A stretch of DNA of 64,000 bases from NCBI GenBank assembly GCA_964016885.1, contig OZ024742.1:87792001-87856000 (forward strand), read 5' to 3'. Below, in pieces: positions 38,650 through 54,246 of the stretch (position 1 is the first letter of the stretch; every line of letters begins with the position of its first letter). The notes below the pieces were generated by a model. It saw only the letters and a list, made by a program, of their open reading frames with translations. It was not told where the DNA came from and searched no databases. The stretch is from Eledone cirrhosa (lineage: Eukaryota). The position numbers were made by a program, and so were the translations under genes.

Positions 38650-38978
38650 TAAAGTTGTTTATGGGCATAGCCATATCATTTTAACTGATAAGTAGGTGGC
38701 AGTTGATCAATGCTGAGTTGTAGGACATAACAAAGGATTAACTAAAAATACCGAATAAGTCACTGAGGATGTTATATAATGCGTGGCGAAAGAACTTTGA
38801 CAATAAATAAACAACACTCCGGTTATTGAACCAACCAACCAGAAATGTTAATGAATTGGAGTGAAAACCAACAAATACGTTATTTTATGGGAAACATGGA
38901 ACCCCAAAGTATAATAATATATGTTTCAATGTAGGTTTTCAGATGAGATATATTGCAAAACAAGTTCAAAACGATGTT
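38650..38978 (+). mobile_element. PLE pLTR remnant related to the 15181-19125 family, with ORF-start tail, fused to (TA)n
   Basis: HHR, AATAAA, then aattggagtgaaaacca...ccccaaagtataataatatatgtttcaa similar to 4730-4853. Confidence 0.7.
38759..38801 (+). ncRNA. Minimal type I HHR
   Basis: GTCA-CTGAGGA-TGTTAT...GTGGC-GAAA-GAAC-TT-TGAC, then AATAAA; stem II partly decayed. Confidence 0.7.
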
Positions 38979-39070
38979 TATATATATATATATATATATA
39001 TTTATGTGTGTGTGTGTGTGCGTGTCTGTGTATGTATGTATGGGTGTGTGTGTATATATATATATGTATG

Positions 39071-39125
<55 letters not shown>

Positions 39126-39126
39126 G

Positions 39127-39191
<65 letters not shown>

Positions 39192-39230
39192 CATATATGT
39201 AATATGTATATATATATATATATATATATA

Positions 39231-39420
39231 TTGTTATACTTGGGGAGGGTCATATTTGCGTAATATTGCCAGAATTAATAACAGAACACACTCACTGAGT
39301 GTGTTCTGTTATTAATTCTGGCAATATTACGCAAATATGACCCTCCCCAAGTATAACAATATCTGTTTCGACACACGATTTCATATAAAAAACCTCGCTA
39401 AACTAACTTATCGCCGCTAT
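39231..39420. mobile_element. Fold-back pLTR end (near-perfect ~65 bp arms) plus tail, between (TA)n tracts
   Basis: Palindrome centred on cacactcactgagtgtg; tail encodes [22 protein letters not shown]; arm recurs at 40921-40977. Confidence 0.85.
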
Positions 39421-39421
39421 A

Positions 39422-41490
<2,069 letters not shown>

Positions 41491-41509
41491 CGCATATATA
41501 TATATAACC

Positions 41510-41965
41510 AACGAAGCTACTTTAAGATGATTGCCAAAAGGAACGATATGAGCTAGTGGCAGAGGCTAAAAGAACTGTAACTATACTCCTTGCAACGAAG
41601 AGATACCATGTGATAAACATATGGAAAATCCTATAGAGACTAGCGACAAACCTTTGAATTGAGGCCTGAACCAACCCCTGTGTGGTACCAAATGTTCTGT
41701 CTTTCACATCTAGAATATGTAGCAGATATTGCATTAGCCCACAACTTTTTAATAAATTGCCAAGAAATTTGAGCGATCTACATTGTGTGGATCTGATACT
41801 TTCAAGAATCATCTTGACACACTGCTAACCAGGATTCCAGATGAGCCCACGGCATGGAATGAAGGTAAAATATGTGTAGCAGCAACGAACTCCCTCTTTC
41901 TCCAATTGCCATCCAACACAGGCTGGAAAATGAATGTTAGCAACAAGGGCGCTGCTACAACATGA
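41510..41965 (+). mobile_element. 3' end of CR1-group LINE (probable continuation of 36880-38645)
   Basis: RLKEL*LYSLQRR, INIWKI, PQLFNKLPRNL, TFKNHLDTLLTRIPDEP, AATNSL. Confidence 0.7.
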
Positions 41966-42563
41966 TTTCAGCCGAATGGCTGGAACAGGTAAAATAGTAA
42001 AGGAAATAAAGATTATCAATATAAATATATAATACGAAGATTTCATTTCTTGTTTAAGTACGCGATAAGAAATTACAGGGATTTCTCTGGTGAAATGGTT
42101 AGTTCATGATACAAAGTTGGCCCATTGGTCTTCCAATAGTGAGAAACTGTAATGCATTCATTGATGAATCTATCTATACGGAGACAGAAATGTGTTCGAT
42201 GTTATTCCAAATGACCTGAAGACAGAAATGGGTGATTGTGTAATTAAAAGGAAGTTATAAAATATAGGTTTCGCATTGTATTAATAATATACTGAACTCC
42301 GTAATACTCTAACAGGAAATACGACAACGAAATTGATAGAACACAAACAACTTCGAATGATTACTTTTCCTTACTGAAGCGACGTAATTGCAGCCCCAGG
42401 TAACGATTATGAAGTACCATAAGACACAAGTAAATATATATCAATATCTATATATAGAGATCCGTATATATATACATATATGTGTCAATACACACACACA
42501 CTCACACACACACACACACATACACACACATACACACACACATACACACACATACACACACAC

Positions 42564-42715
<152 letters not shown>

Positions 42716-43017
42716 CTGTGTGTGTGTGTGTATATATATGTATATATGTGTGTGTGTGTCTGTGTGAATATGTAAAGGACAAATTCCCCTTCGCTCACGT
42801 ATGACCATGGGATTTACACCCAGAACATTTCCCTCCGTGGCACATATATATAATATTTTGCATATAAACGCGAGTTTATATATAAAATTGAGTAAAGTAT
42901 TATTACCATTTCTCTCAATTGACAGGGACATTCGTCTTTTTTGGCATGTTCAGATACCTAAAAATTAGATAGATGCTTGGTGGAGTCTCAGATTTACACA
43001 CTGTAATTAGACAAATG

Positions 43018-43086
<69 letters not shown>

Positions 43087-43328
43087 ACAGCAAAGGTCCG
43101 ACGGTCTTTTAATTACAAAATCGGGCCGGATGGATAGAGATTGAACCTTGATTTGACCAATGGCGTAACGCGCGTCACAAATCAATCAACGTAAGGAAGG
43201 TATAATATATCGCCCTTGTATTATTATATTTGCACTCTGTTTAGCTCTACACTTCGCTACAGACGTGATTTTAAACATCGAATAATCCTCACCTGGGTGA
43301 CCCAAAAGTAACTTCCCGTTACAGTCCC

Positions 43329-43368
<40 letters not shown>

Positions 43369-43371
<3 letters not shown>

Positions 43372-43963
43372 TATGAAGAGAGAAGAAACATTTAGATATA
43401 ATTAGTAATAAAATGTATCATACCTAAACTGCTCCTAAATTCTTCGACTACGTAGTTTCGTGGCATAAACAAAAACAATATATCATAAAGACATAGAGTC
43501 CTTGCGAGGTCTGCCGACTTATCAAGAGGATACCTAATTTTACTAGTCTCAAGAACGCGTCTACACGACGTGAGAAAGAATCCCAAAAGGCGGAGGGGGA
43601 GATAGTCACGCGATATAACGGTCGAGAAACAGAGCTAAGCCTCTTATAACCCCGAAAAAAATACCACGGAGGCGGAGGGGGTATTTATATCGAGGCCGCA
43701 GAAGAGGTGGTGAAGAAGGCGAGAAGTATGAGTAATGGAAGCTTTCCAGCTGTCCCCACACTTCAAAGATTGCTCGACCAGAGGGAGTTATTAACAATAT
43801 ATTTAGAAACACACAGATACATGCGGACACACACATATATACATGAATGCATCCGCACCCAACTGTGAGTTAAGGGTGCCAACTTCACCGATGTTGCTCA
43901 ATGAATGACTGGGACAGACCAATTCAGTTGAACTAGACTGAACCAGTATCAGAGTTAAAAATA
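43369..43963 (-). mobile_element. Retrozyme-like family A, copy 2: essentially one exact monomer between (TA)n tracts; HHR at 43441-43530
   Basis: Reverse-complement match to 20260-20855; both ends map to the same point of the repeat unit. Confidence 0.85.
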
Positions 43964-44045
43964 TATATATATATGTATATATGTATATATGTGTGTGTGT
44001 ATGTATGTATATGTGTGTAAATATTTTTATCTATATGTATATATT

Positions 44046-44106
<61 letters not shown>

Positions 44107-44174
44107 ATATGTGTGTATGTATGTGTGTATATATATATGTATATATGTGGGTGTGTGTATATATGTGTGTATGT

Positions 44175-44252
<78 letters not shown>

Positions 44253-44372
44253 GTATGTGTGTGTATATGTATATATGTGTATATATATATATGTATATAT
44301 ATATATATGTATGTATGGTGCTTTTTCCTTATATATGTGTATATGTGTGTATGTATATGTATATATATATAT

Positions 44373-44420
<48 letters not shown>

Positions 44421-44527
44421 GTATGTGTGTGTATATGTATATATGTGTATATATATATATGTATATATATATATATGTATGTATGGTGCTTTTTCCTTAT
44501 ATATGTGTATATGTGTGTATGTGTGTG

Positions 44528-44582
<55 letters not shown>

Positions 44583-44758
44583 ATATATGTATATATGTAT
44601 ATGGTTATATATATGAATGTATATATATATATGTATATGTATATATATGTGTGTGTGTGTTTGTATGTATGTGTGTGTATATGTATATATGTGTGTGTAT
44701 ATGTATATATGTGTGTGTATGGTTTTTTTTTATGTATATATGTATGTGTGTGTATGTA

Positions 44759-44799
<41 letters not shown>

Positions 44800-44842
44800 A
44801 TACGTATGTGTGTGTATATATATGTGTATGTATGTATGTGTG

Positions 44843-44885
<43 letters not shown>

Positions 44886-45072
44886 ATATGTGTCTGTGTA
44901 TATGTATGTATATATGTCTATATGTATTTGTGTGTATATGTATACACATGTATATTTTTGTTTGTATGTATGTGTGTGAGTGTATTTATATGTGTATATA
45001 TGTGTGTGTGTGTATGTATGTGTATGTGTGTGTTTATGTGTATATATATGTGTGTGTGTATATGTATATATA

Positions 45073-45131
<59 letters not shown>

Positions 45132-45160
45132 ATATGTGTTTGTGTGTTTGTTTATGGTTG
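43964..45160. repeat. Compound (TA)/(TG) low-complexity tract with internal duplications
   Basis: Directly visible; gtatggtgctttttcctt marker occurs twice (44313, 44481). Confidence 0.95.
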
Positions 45161-45469
45161 CGCGTAAGTGTGTGAGTGAGTATTTTTTTTTTGTTTTTTT
45201 TGTTTTTTTGTGTTTTTGTGTTTTTTTTTTTTTTTGTTTTTTTGTTAATGTGTCTGTTGATGTTTGACATATAGTTGATTAGTTTAAGAGAAGTTCGAAG
45301 ATAATAGTAAGATATGCACTCAGTAGTTTGAATCTGTCTGCAGAATCCTCTAGACCTTTGTCACTTAGTAGAACCTTAATGATTTTAGCTTTTAAAGAAT
45401 CTCCCTTTTCTTTAATTCCATCGACCATGACTGACCCCCCACTGATTTTATAGACATCTGTTAGCTTAA

Positions 45470-45806
45470 GAGAAACTTAATGACAAGGAATGGTATGCCA
45501 TCTGCCCTTGTTACTCTAAAAACATAAATAAATAAAAATAAACTATAGCTTTGTAGAATTAGCTTTTAATGAATTCCCTTTTCTATCAACCAATGACCTG
45601 CACCCATCCCACTCCCCACCCTCTCCTACCACTTGTAGAGACCTATAAATAACATTTTTATTTTTTGATACCCAGATTCCTGATGATTTCTAATGAATGA
45701 AACAGTTCTAGTCCTGTAGAATCTCATCTATATTAAAACTTTTATACTCTGCTATGTATTGAGTACCTTACTTACTGTGGTTACCTCCGATTCAACCCGG
45801 AATAAC

Positions 45807-45808
<2 letters not shown>
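45470..45808 (+). mobile_element. PLE 3' end remnant with HHR, fused to (TA)n
   Basis: KLNDKEWYAICP resembles a GIY-YIG C-terminus; HHR then ATTAAA; (TA)n about 85 nt later. Confidence 0.6.
45674..45724 (+). ncRNA. Type I HHR (canonical core)
   Basis: AGATTC-CTGATGA-T TTC TAAT GAA T-GAAA-CAG TTCTAGTC CTG-TA-GAATCT. Confidence 0.8.
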
Positions 45809-45872
<64 letters not shown>

Positions 45873-46951
45873 TCCCACTATTCTGACTACAGTTTTCTAC
45901 AACGTCCTCTTTCCTTGCTCTCACACACAATATACACACACATTTACAATACCCGTATGTACTGCCCAACACACACATACCTCTGCCTACATTTAACCCT
46001 CAGCATCCTTCTCTTTGTGACGCCTGCACGCTTATGTTCACCCGCCCGCACACAACTATGACACAAATGTCCCAATATTTCTTTGTCCTGTATAACATGC
46101 GTTACATGCTTTACCTTTACAAATTATTTAGATAAAAATTTGACATACGATGTGCTTTCAATAAGATTCACAAATGTCCCGAAATTTGTTTTGTCACACT
46201 TTTGACTGTTTGTGATGTGATTGTGGTGAGGAATCTGGCATTGGTGAGTAGTTTTTAAGGTAATGTTTGTATTTTGTGTTTGAATATTTTGTGTATTTCG
46301 AATGTTTTATTCATTTAGTGTCATATTTCAATAGTGATATTTTCTGGTTGACAATTTTGAGTCTAGGCAGGAGTTCAATCTAGATTGTACGTATATATGG
46401 ATCCTGAATTGTGCTTAGACAAAGTTAGCAAAACTCGAAGATGTGTTTATACCCAAGCAAATGACTCATGAATAATTAAATGATTCCTTGATTTCGATAG
46501 GAGTCTCACGAAACACACCAGGGTGTGCAATATAAATATGAGAAAACGTAACGTGGGCTGTGGGAATTTAAAATCCCAATTTAAATTATAAACAATATAA
46601 GGTATTTTATGAATTTGCCATGGAAGGGTATGGTAATGTGTTACAGTAATAACCTTATATATTTTAACAAATTGAATGAATTTCCACTTGGAATTTAAAA
46701 TTCCCCACTTCACAGATATATCTCTACCAGATATTGTTTTTCGCAAATCTGTAATAAATCAGCATGAGATTGGAATTATTTATTAATTATTCTATGCATT
46801 AAGAACAATGAATTCTGAAATAATTACAAAACTGCTTCCATTCGAATATGTTATAGTTTGGAATCTATAAAAGCTAAGATTGATGAGAAATATAACACAC
46901 GTAACAAATAAAAATTCTATGAAAATGTATAGCCAATTAACATAGGAGTAC

Positions 46952-46952
<1 letters not shown>

Positions 46953-47018
<66 letters not shown>

Positions 47019-47133
47019 TTCTTCTTCTTCTTCTTCTTCTTCTTCTTCTTCTTCTTCTTCTTCTTCTTCTTCTTCTTCTTCTTCTTCTTCTTCTTCTTCT
47101 TCTTCTTCTTCAACATCATCATCATTGTCATCA
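46953..47133. repeat. Compound trinucleotide microsatellite (ATC)n(TTC)n(ATC)n
   Basis: Directly visible. Confidence 0.97.
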
Positions 47134-47640
47134 TATATTTGGCCCTATTATACCTCGGAGAGCCATGGCCAATGAGTCCCCGAGTACATAGTTTTCAAAG
47201 CCAACATTTATATTGCTCGGGTGACATTTTTGACATCATGTTGAAGCCACGCTTCCTGTTGTCACACGCCGCTACACAAGGCGGCATTCGCCCGCAACAT
47301 TTAACTGGTGAAGCAACAACAGCAGAGCTGAACAATCTCTACATCGGTTCAAAGTCTTCAGTTTGCTCAAATGTTGAATGCAATATTACCCGCAAACATA
47401 TTGCTTATTTCTCCGAGTGCCAGCGCTCCCTATTTCCTCCTAAATTTCGGTTGAAACTGCAGATCTTCTAGGCTGGCTTTGTTTTTGTTAATATCAGTTT
47501 TCAGATAGCTCGACGATTATCAGTTGAAATGTCAGCCTCACGCATATCATGGAAAAAGGGGTGAGAATCAACTTTCCACAGATAGTTTTGTCATACATTT
47601 TGCATCATAATACACATTTTCCAGATTTTCATAACTACTA

Positions 47641-47807
47641 ATAATAATTGTTTCTACTTTTGGCACAAAGCCAGCAATTACCCAGTACATTACTCATACT
47701 TTATTTTATCGATCCCGTAAGGATGAAAGGCAAAGTTGACCACAATGGGATTTGAACTCAGACCGTAAAGGGACGAACTATGCTAGAAAGCAGGGCGTAC
47801 AACTACT
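47641..47807 (-). mobile_element. SINE (OK-like)
   Basis: Reverse complement of the SINE consensus including the B box. Confidence 0.88.
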
Positions 47808-47877
47808 AATTATAATAATATAAAATTATTGTTATAATCATAAATATATTTGGGCACAAGTATTTCATATATATATA

Positions 47878-49210
47878 TCCCCCCTACAATACCTGCCACA
47901 CCTGTGCCTTCTCCAGGCGATATGTAGATGACATACTCCTCCTTACATTAATCCGTAAAGAAGCAGGCAAACTATACACGGCATTCTCCAGCTTAGACGT
48001 TAAAAGAATGTGCAGCATGGAACAGCCTGATGAAACTGGATCCCTCTCCCTGCTAGACATTCAACTTAGGGAAAAGGAAGAAGGTAGTATCCACACGAGC
48101 TTCTACGGGAAGGCTGCTAGTAGGGACCTGTGCGTCCATTTCAAAAAGCCCCTCCCACACCTGGTGCCAAGTCCGGATACATAAAGAAAAATGCAGCACC
48201 ACAGCAGACCGAGACACACACACCACACACTTCTTGGAAGTGCTTTAGCTAAACGGTTACCCGACATCCATCGTGAATCACGCTAGAAATAGGAAAGAAA
48301 GCAATCGATGCAGGAATTACACCATTTCCTGAGGCTCCCACGCTTCAGTGATGACACAACAACAGCCATCCGCAGAGCCATCCGAAGAGAAGGACTAGAC
48401 TTACAACTAGCTCAGTCGGGGCCGTCACTACGCGGGCAACTATGTAGGAGACGGCATACACAACACAATAGCCGCTGCACGCTGTCTATCTGCCCCATCG
48501 ATAACACAGACATATGTAATCTGCAATAATTAATGTACGGTGTCCAGTGTGATCAATGCGATCATTTCTAGATAGGCAGCACCCCAGCCACCTACACATC
48601 AAGATTAAGGAACACATTAACAGTAACGTTTCCTCATTTAATAAACACCTATTGTAATGCAAAAACACGACAAAAACAAATAGGAGTTAAGGTTGAAACA
48701 AAGGAAAGAAACCTCGGCAATCATAGAATTAAGAAAGCATTAATCATAGCCAGAACACACCCGCAAATCAATAACAAACTAGAACTAAGCACACAATAAC
48801 TAACATAGAATGCTACTCGACTCTACTTATTAGGGCACACATAGGCCCGCTTACGACCACATTAGTCATCTGGTAGAAATAGTGTGTATGCATTTATGTG
48901 TTTACACTATTCCACACATGCGTGTTTAAATATTTGCGTGAGTTCTTACATACACACACATGTAGTGTGTCAGCGCTTATTAATATATATGCGTCTAAGC
49001 AGATTTAAAGGGAAATAACTAGGTGCTACCTTTGATCTGTCTAAACATTAATTTTACCAGAAAAGAGATTAAAAAAATTAATTAAATAAATAAATAAAAA
49101 AACCACTCTGTACAAGAATGGTATAGCAACACACTGGAATAGTTCCTTTATTTTCATCGGACTAAGGGATATTAATCTCGAAATATCATGACATGAATAA
49201 ATTAATGTAA
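47878..49210 (+). mobile_element. Decayed PLE (RT 3' half, GIY-YIG, 3' UTR with HHR-like motif)
   Basis: RRYVDDILL, SLSLLDI, FYGKAA, NGYP, FLRLPRFSD, CTLSICP, YGVQCDQCDHF*IGST, KIKEH, PQINNK. Confidence 0.8.
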
Positions 49211-49390
49211 AAAAACAAACCCTGCTTCTTACGTTTTAAATTGTTCTCCGTGCAAGCCTGCCTTGTCAGGGCTGTCCAACTTCGATGTTGAATACATTGT
49301 TCAAGTGCACAAAACGAAATTGAATAAGCTACGTACAATATGATTTTGGTATTTGTAAAACATGTACTGAACAATCGTTCGATATTATAT

Positions 49391-49532
49391 CAATCCTGAT
49401 GAAAAACGCATGTCCGAAACGTCGAAATCTCCCCTACGCTCATCAAGCAAAAACAAAAGCACCACAGAAGAAAGTTTCGTCCTAGAAAATACTACTTTTT
49501 GCTTTAATGGTACCATTTACAAACAAATAAAT
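49391..49532 (+). mobile_element. Decayed HHR-like motif and tiny PLE RT fragment
   Basis: CTGATGA-aaaacgcatgtcc-GAAAC-GTC with broken stems; FVLENTTFCFNGTIYKQIN. Confidence 0.45.
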
Positions 49533-49585
49533 ATGCATTCGAATATATATACAAATATACACACACACAGAACCACACACACATA

Positions 49586-49631
<46 letters not shown>

Positions 49632-50139
49632 TATGTGAACTATAAATTCCTCAATATATATATATGTATGTGTGCGCGCGTGTGTGTATATATATATATT
49701 TACACACACACACACGCGCTCACATACACACGCACACATTACAGGCGAGCGCACGCACATATACACACACACACATACACACACATACACATACACACAC
49801 ACTTGCACACACACAAACACACACAGACACACACACATATATATATGCATATGTGTGTGGGAGTTTTTGGGTGTGTATCGCAGTGTCTATATATGTTTTT
49901 ATATATGTAAATGCAGGAAACTCAGTTTCAGAAAATATAACTGCAATTAATGTCAGTTGCTATAAATTAGCTTTAATATCGGGTAAAGTCTCTTAAAGAC
50001 GGATATTATTGCATCCGCATTCAGACAACACCCTGAACAAACTCAGTACATTTTACACTTAATGTAAATTCTATAGATTCGTAGTTCATGGGCGAGCAGG
50101 GACATTTTACGGGTAAATCGTCCTTATGTGGGGGCCGTG

Positions 50140-50650
50140 GCCGGAGGAGAACTTGGTTCTATCAATTGATTAAAGATACCATGCAAGCTAAAAAGGAAGC
50201 TTACAATGCCTTACCTTGAAATAATACCCCCGAGTTCTTACAGCATAAGCAGATGCGTATAGTTGCATCAGAAATTTCTGATCAGCATAAATATTTCTGG
50301 AAGATCATCAGCTGCCTTCGTCATGAGAATTCCACCCAGTCATCTGGCGTTGCAGAGTGAATTCATTGTTTATTTCCTAAACCAAGTCAAAACATCATCT
50401 TCTGATGTATCTGAGGTGTATCTGGGAATGATGACTAACCTCTCAGAGCATGAGCTAAGAAGGGCAATAACTGAGCTAACATGTGCAACGTCGCCAGGGA
50501 GGATGAACTTGACCCGATGTATTAAAGACCGTGCATTAAAGGTTGGCCAGGATATCTGGAACCCCGCCAAAACAATGACAAACCTAAAATTCAAAGAAGG
50601 GAAGCTATTTGTTTCAATTGTAAAGAGATCTATTATTAAGATTCATTGAT
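50140..50650 (+). mobile_element. Old LINE relics (RTE-like then L1/Tx1-like pre-RT region)
   Basis: IKDTMQAKKEAYNA; LSEHELRRAITELTCATSPG...GQDI...FKEGKL...SIVKRSII resembles ELxxAIxxLxxGKSPG...GxLPxSxxRxII. Confidence 0.5.
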
Positions 50651-51471
50651 AAAATGTGTGCTAATTGTCAAAGAGTGTTGGTAGGGAAATTGTCATGCTA
50701 ACTGAAGTGTAGCTTGATTTCGACCCCGGATGCAGCGCAAGCAACCATATATTCACATCGGGGCAAAAGTGTCGGAGAATGGTCAGAGACATCGGCATTT
50801 CCTATACGTATTGGTGAATGAGTATGGAAATGTATTTCAAATTTAACCTGCATCGTGCAAGGAGCTGACATACGAATTAAGTAAATATTCACTTACAGCT
50901 TTAATTGAAATATTAGTATTTTGTATTGATGTCTCCTTGATCATTTGAATCAATTAAATATTGTCACTCTATCAATATTGCAAGTTTGCAGATTATCCCA
51001 ATAACGGGCTTTTACATCGCTAATCGAAATGCCAGAATCCTCAAATAATCTTCACACAATACATTAAAGTCTCCAAACGAAATATGACTAAAGTACGAAG
51101 ATAAAGGAGGAAAAATGGGTTTGTCATTTGAGGATGTCATTGACCATATGTCTAAACAACTCACACATACTTATGATTAAATACCATTAATAATATCGAA
51201 TGCATTTCTATGTAGTGGTTATAATGTCAAGACACCTGTCGTTAGTAATATCTGCCTCATCAATATATTTCATTGGCTATTTTCAAGGCTCATTAGGTTT
51301 TTTTATATAGGCTCATCAGTAGTGATTAATTGTTAAACCTGTAACATTCAAAAAGGCATATGTAAAGACATTTATTCACAATATAACCTGAAATAGATTC
51401 ATTCCAATACAGACCTTTTAATGTTGTTTTAACGATAAGTATTTCACCTCTGTTACGTGGCAATCTATGTT

Positions 51472-51657
51472 GGTGGATTGGCAGTATCAGTAGAGGGTCG
51501 GACGCCATGCTTTCCAGCATAGTTACGTCCCTTTACGATCTGAGTTCAAATCCCGCCAAGGTTGACTTTGCCTTTCATCCTTACGGGGTCGATAAAATAA
51601 AGTACCAGTAATGCACTGGGTAATTGCTGGCCTTGTGCCTAAAGTAGAAACAGTTAT
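51472..51657 (+). mobile_element. SINE (OK-like), full length
   Basis: A-box-like, B box gagttcaaatcc, conserved body and tail. Confidence 0.9.
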
Positions 51658-51667
51658 ATATTATATA

Positions 51668-51778
51668 TAATTGTTTCTAGTTTTGGCACAAGGCCAGCAA
51701 ACACCCAGTGCATTACTGGTACTTTATTTTATAGACCCGTAAGGACCAAAAGCAAAGTTAACCTCAGCGGGATTTGAA
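51668..51778 (-). mobile_element. SINE (OK-like), 3' half, tail-to-tail with the preceding copy
   Basis: Reverse complement of SINE body. Confidence 0.85.
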
Positions 51779-51877
51779 TATATAATATTTGTCAGTTACT
51801 TCACTCGAAAGCATGTGTTAAAGATCAGGCACACAATAACCCGCATGTAACCAGTTTATCTTTCTGCATTATTAAGA

Positions 51878-51974
51878 TTAATTTTGCCTTTCATCCTTGC
51901 GCGGTCGATAAAAGAAAGTACCAGTAACGTACTTGGATAAGTGCTGGCCGTGTGCCAGCAGTAGAAGCGATTAT
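51878..51974 (+). mobile_element. SINE (OK-like), diverged 3' half
   Basis: ttttgcctttcatccttgcgcggtcgataaaagaaagtaccagtaa. Confidence 0.8.
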
Positions 51975-53004
51975 GTCGGTAAGATTAGAGAAACGTAAAA
52001 ACTCATTTTGAGGTTTGGCAAGATAAATGATGCACTGAGTTGTTTCCTGTAAACTCCCAAATACCGCGAACTGTATTAAGTTCTTCGATTTGAAGAATAC
52101 TGGATATAATGTGTTGTACATAGTTAATGAAACGACTTCTAGTTGCAAGAATACGAAAGCTTAAAAGCAATATGATATCAATATGGATTAAAATGGTATT
52201 CTAATCAGTCACCGTATTCAAGAATATTGCATTTTTATCATAGCATTATTAGTTCTAAATATGATTTTCATGCACACTGCATTAGATATAACAAAAGGAG
52301 ATCATTACAGTAAGCTACCTTATTTTCAGATATCCAGATAAAATAATTGAGTTTATTCAGAGAGAGTTAGATAATATCAGACACAGTATTTACATGATTA
52401 CTTTGATACGCAGTTCTTCGAATATAATAGATTAAATTGTGTGCTCGAGACGCCAAACATTCCTAACCATATGAAGCTGTAGCAGTGTATAGTATGGCCT
52501 ATAAGGATATGGCGTTTTATTGGCGTTCCATTATATATATCTATTTATTAGCATGTATTTCTCTGTATATACCACTTCCAGTCTATCTCATACATTTATA
52601 TAAAAATTGAAAACTCAATCGATACAGAAACGCAGAATCACACACACATGGACACAAATGCGCACTTACCTGTTTGCACCTGTATAGCAATGAAACGCCA
52701 CACCACATCTCTTAAGGAAAAGCAAAAGTCATTAGTAAACATATATATATACATATATATATATATAATATATTTAGAAACACACAGATACATGCGGACA
52801 CACACATATACATGAATGCAGCCACACCCAACCGTGAGTTAAGGGTGCCAACCTCACCGATGTTGCTCAATGAATGACTGGGACAGACCAATCCGGTTGA
52901 ACTAGACTGAACCAGTATCAGAGTTAAAAATACATTATGAAGAGAGAAGAAACATTTAGATATAATTAGTAATGAAATGTATCATACCTAAACTGCTCCT
53001 AGAT

Positions 53005-53094
53005 TCCTCGACTACGTAGTTTCGTGGCATAAACAAAAACAATACATCATAAAGATATAGAGTCCTTGCGAGGTCTGCCGACTTATCAAGAGGA
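53005..53094 (-). ncRNA. Type I HHR, U3-A8 variant (family A, intact)
   Basis: Minus strand: TCCTC-TTGATAA-GTCGGCA...TGCCAC-GAAA-CTACGTAG-TC-GAGGA; palindromic stem III actacgtagt. Confidence 0.75.
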
Positions 53095-53735
53095 TACCTC
53101 ATTTTACTAGCCTCAAGAGCGCGTCTACACGACGTGAGAAAGAATCCCAAAAGGCGGAGGGGGGGGGGATAGTCACGCGATATAACGGTCGAGAAACAGA
53201 GCTAAGCCTCTTATAACCCCGAAGAAAATACCACGGAGGCGGAGGGGGTATTTATATCGAAGCCGTAGAAGAGGTGGTGAAGGAGGCAAGAAGTATGAGT
53301 AATGGCAGCTTTCCAGCAGTCACTACACTTCAAAGATTACTCGACCAGAGGGAGTTATTAACAATATATTTAGAAACACACAGATACATGCGGACACACA
53401 CATATACATGAATGCATCCACACCCAACCGTGAGTTAAGGGTGCCAACCTCATGTGTTTCTAAATATATTGTTAATAACTCCCTCCTGTCGAGTAATCTT
53501 TGAAGTGTAGTGACTGCTGGAAAGCTGCCATTACTCATACTTCTCGCCTCCTTCACCACCTCTTCAACGGCTTCGATATAAATACCCCCTCCGCCTCCGT
53601 GGTATTTTCTTCGGGGTTATAAGAGGCTTAGCTCTGTTTCTTGACCGTTATATCGCGTGACTATCTCCCCCTCCGCCTTTTGGGATTCTTTCTCACGTCG
53701 TGTAGACGCGTTCTTGAGGCTAGTAAAATGAGTTA

Positions 53736-53825
53736 TCCTCTTGATAAGTCGGCAGACCTCGCAAGGACTCTATATCTTTATGATGTATTGTTTTTGTTTA
53801 TGCCACGAAATTACGTAGTCGAGGA
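53736..53825 (+). ncRNA. Type I HHR, U3-A8 variant (family A)
   Basis: TCCTC-TTGATAA-GTCGGCA...TGCCAC-GAAA-TTACGTAG-TC-GAGGA. Confidence 0.72.
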
Positions 53826-53891
53826 ATCTAGGAGCAGTTTAGGTATGATACATTTTATTACTAATTATATCTAAATGTTTCTTCTCTCTTC

Positions 53892-54240
<349 letters not shown>

Positions 54241-54246
<6 letters not shown>

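Noticed and set aside
46937-47134. Poly-Lys/poly-Met ORF
   Set aside because: Compound trinucleotide microsatellite
50370-50594. Minus-strand ORF FRFVIVLAGF... resembling an OVCA2/FSH1 esterase segment
   Set aside because: Similarity limited to ~10 residues; the plus strand fits a LINE pre-RT motif better
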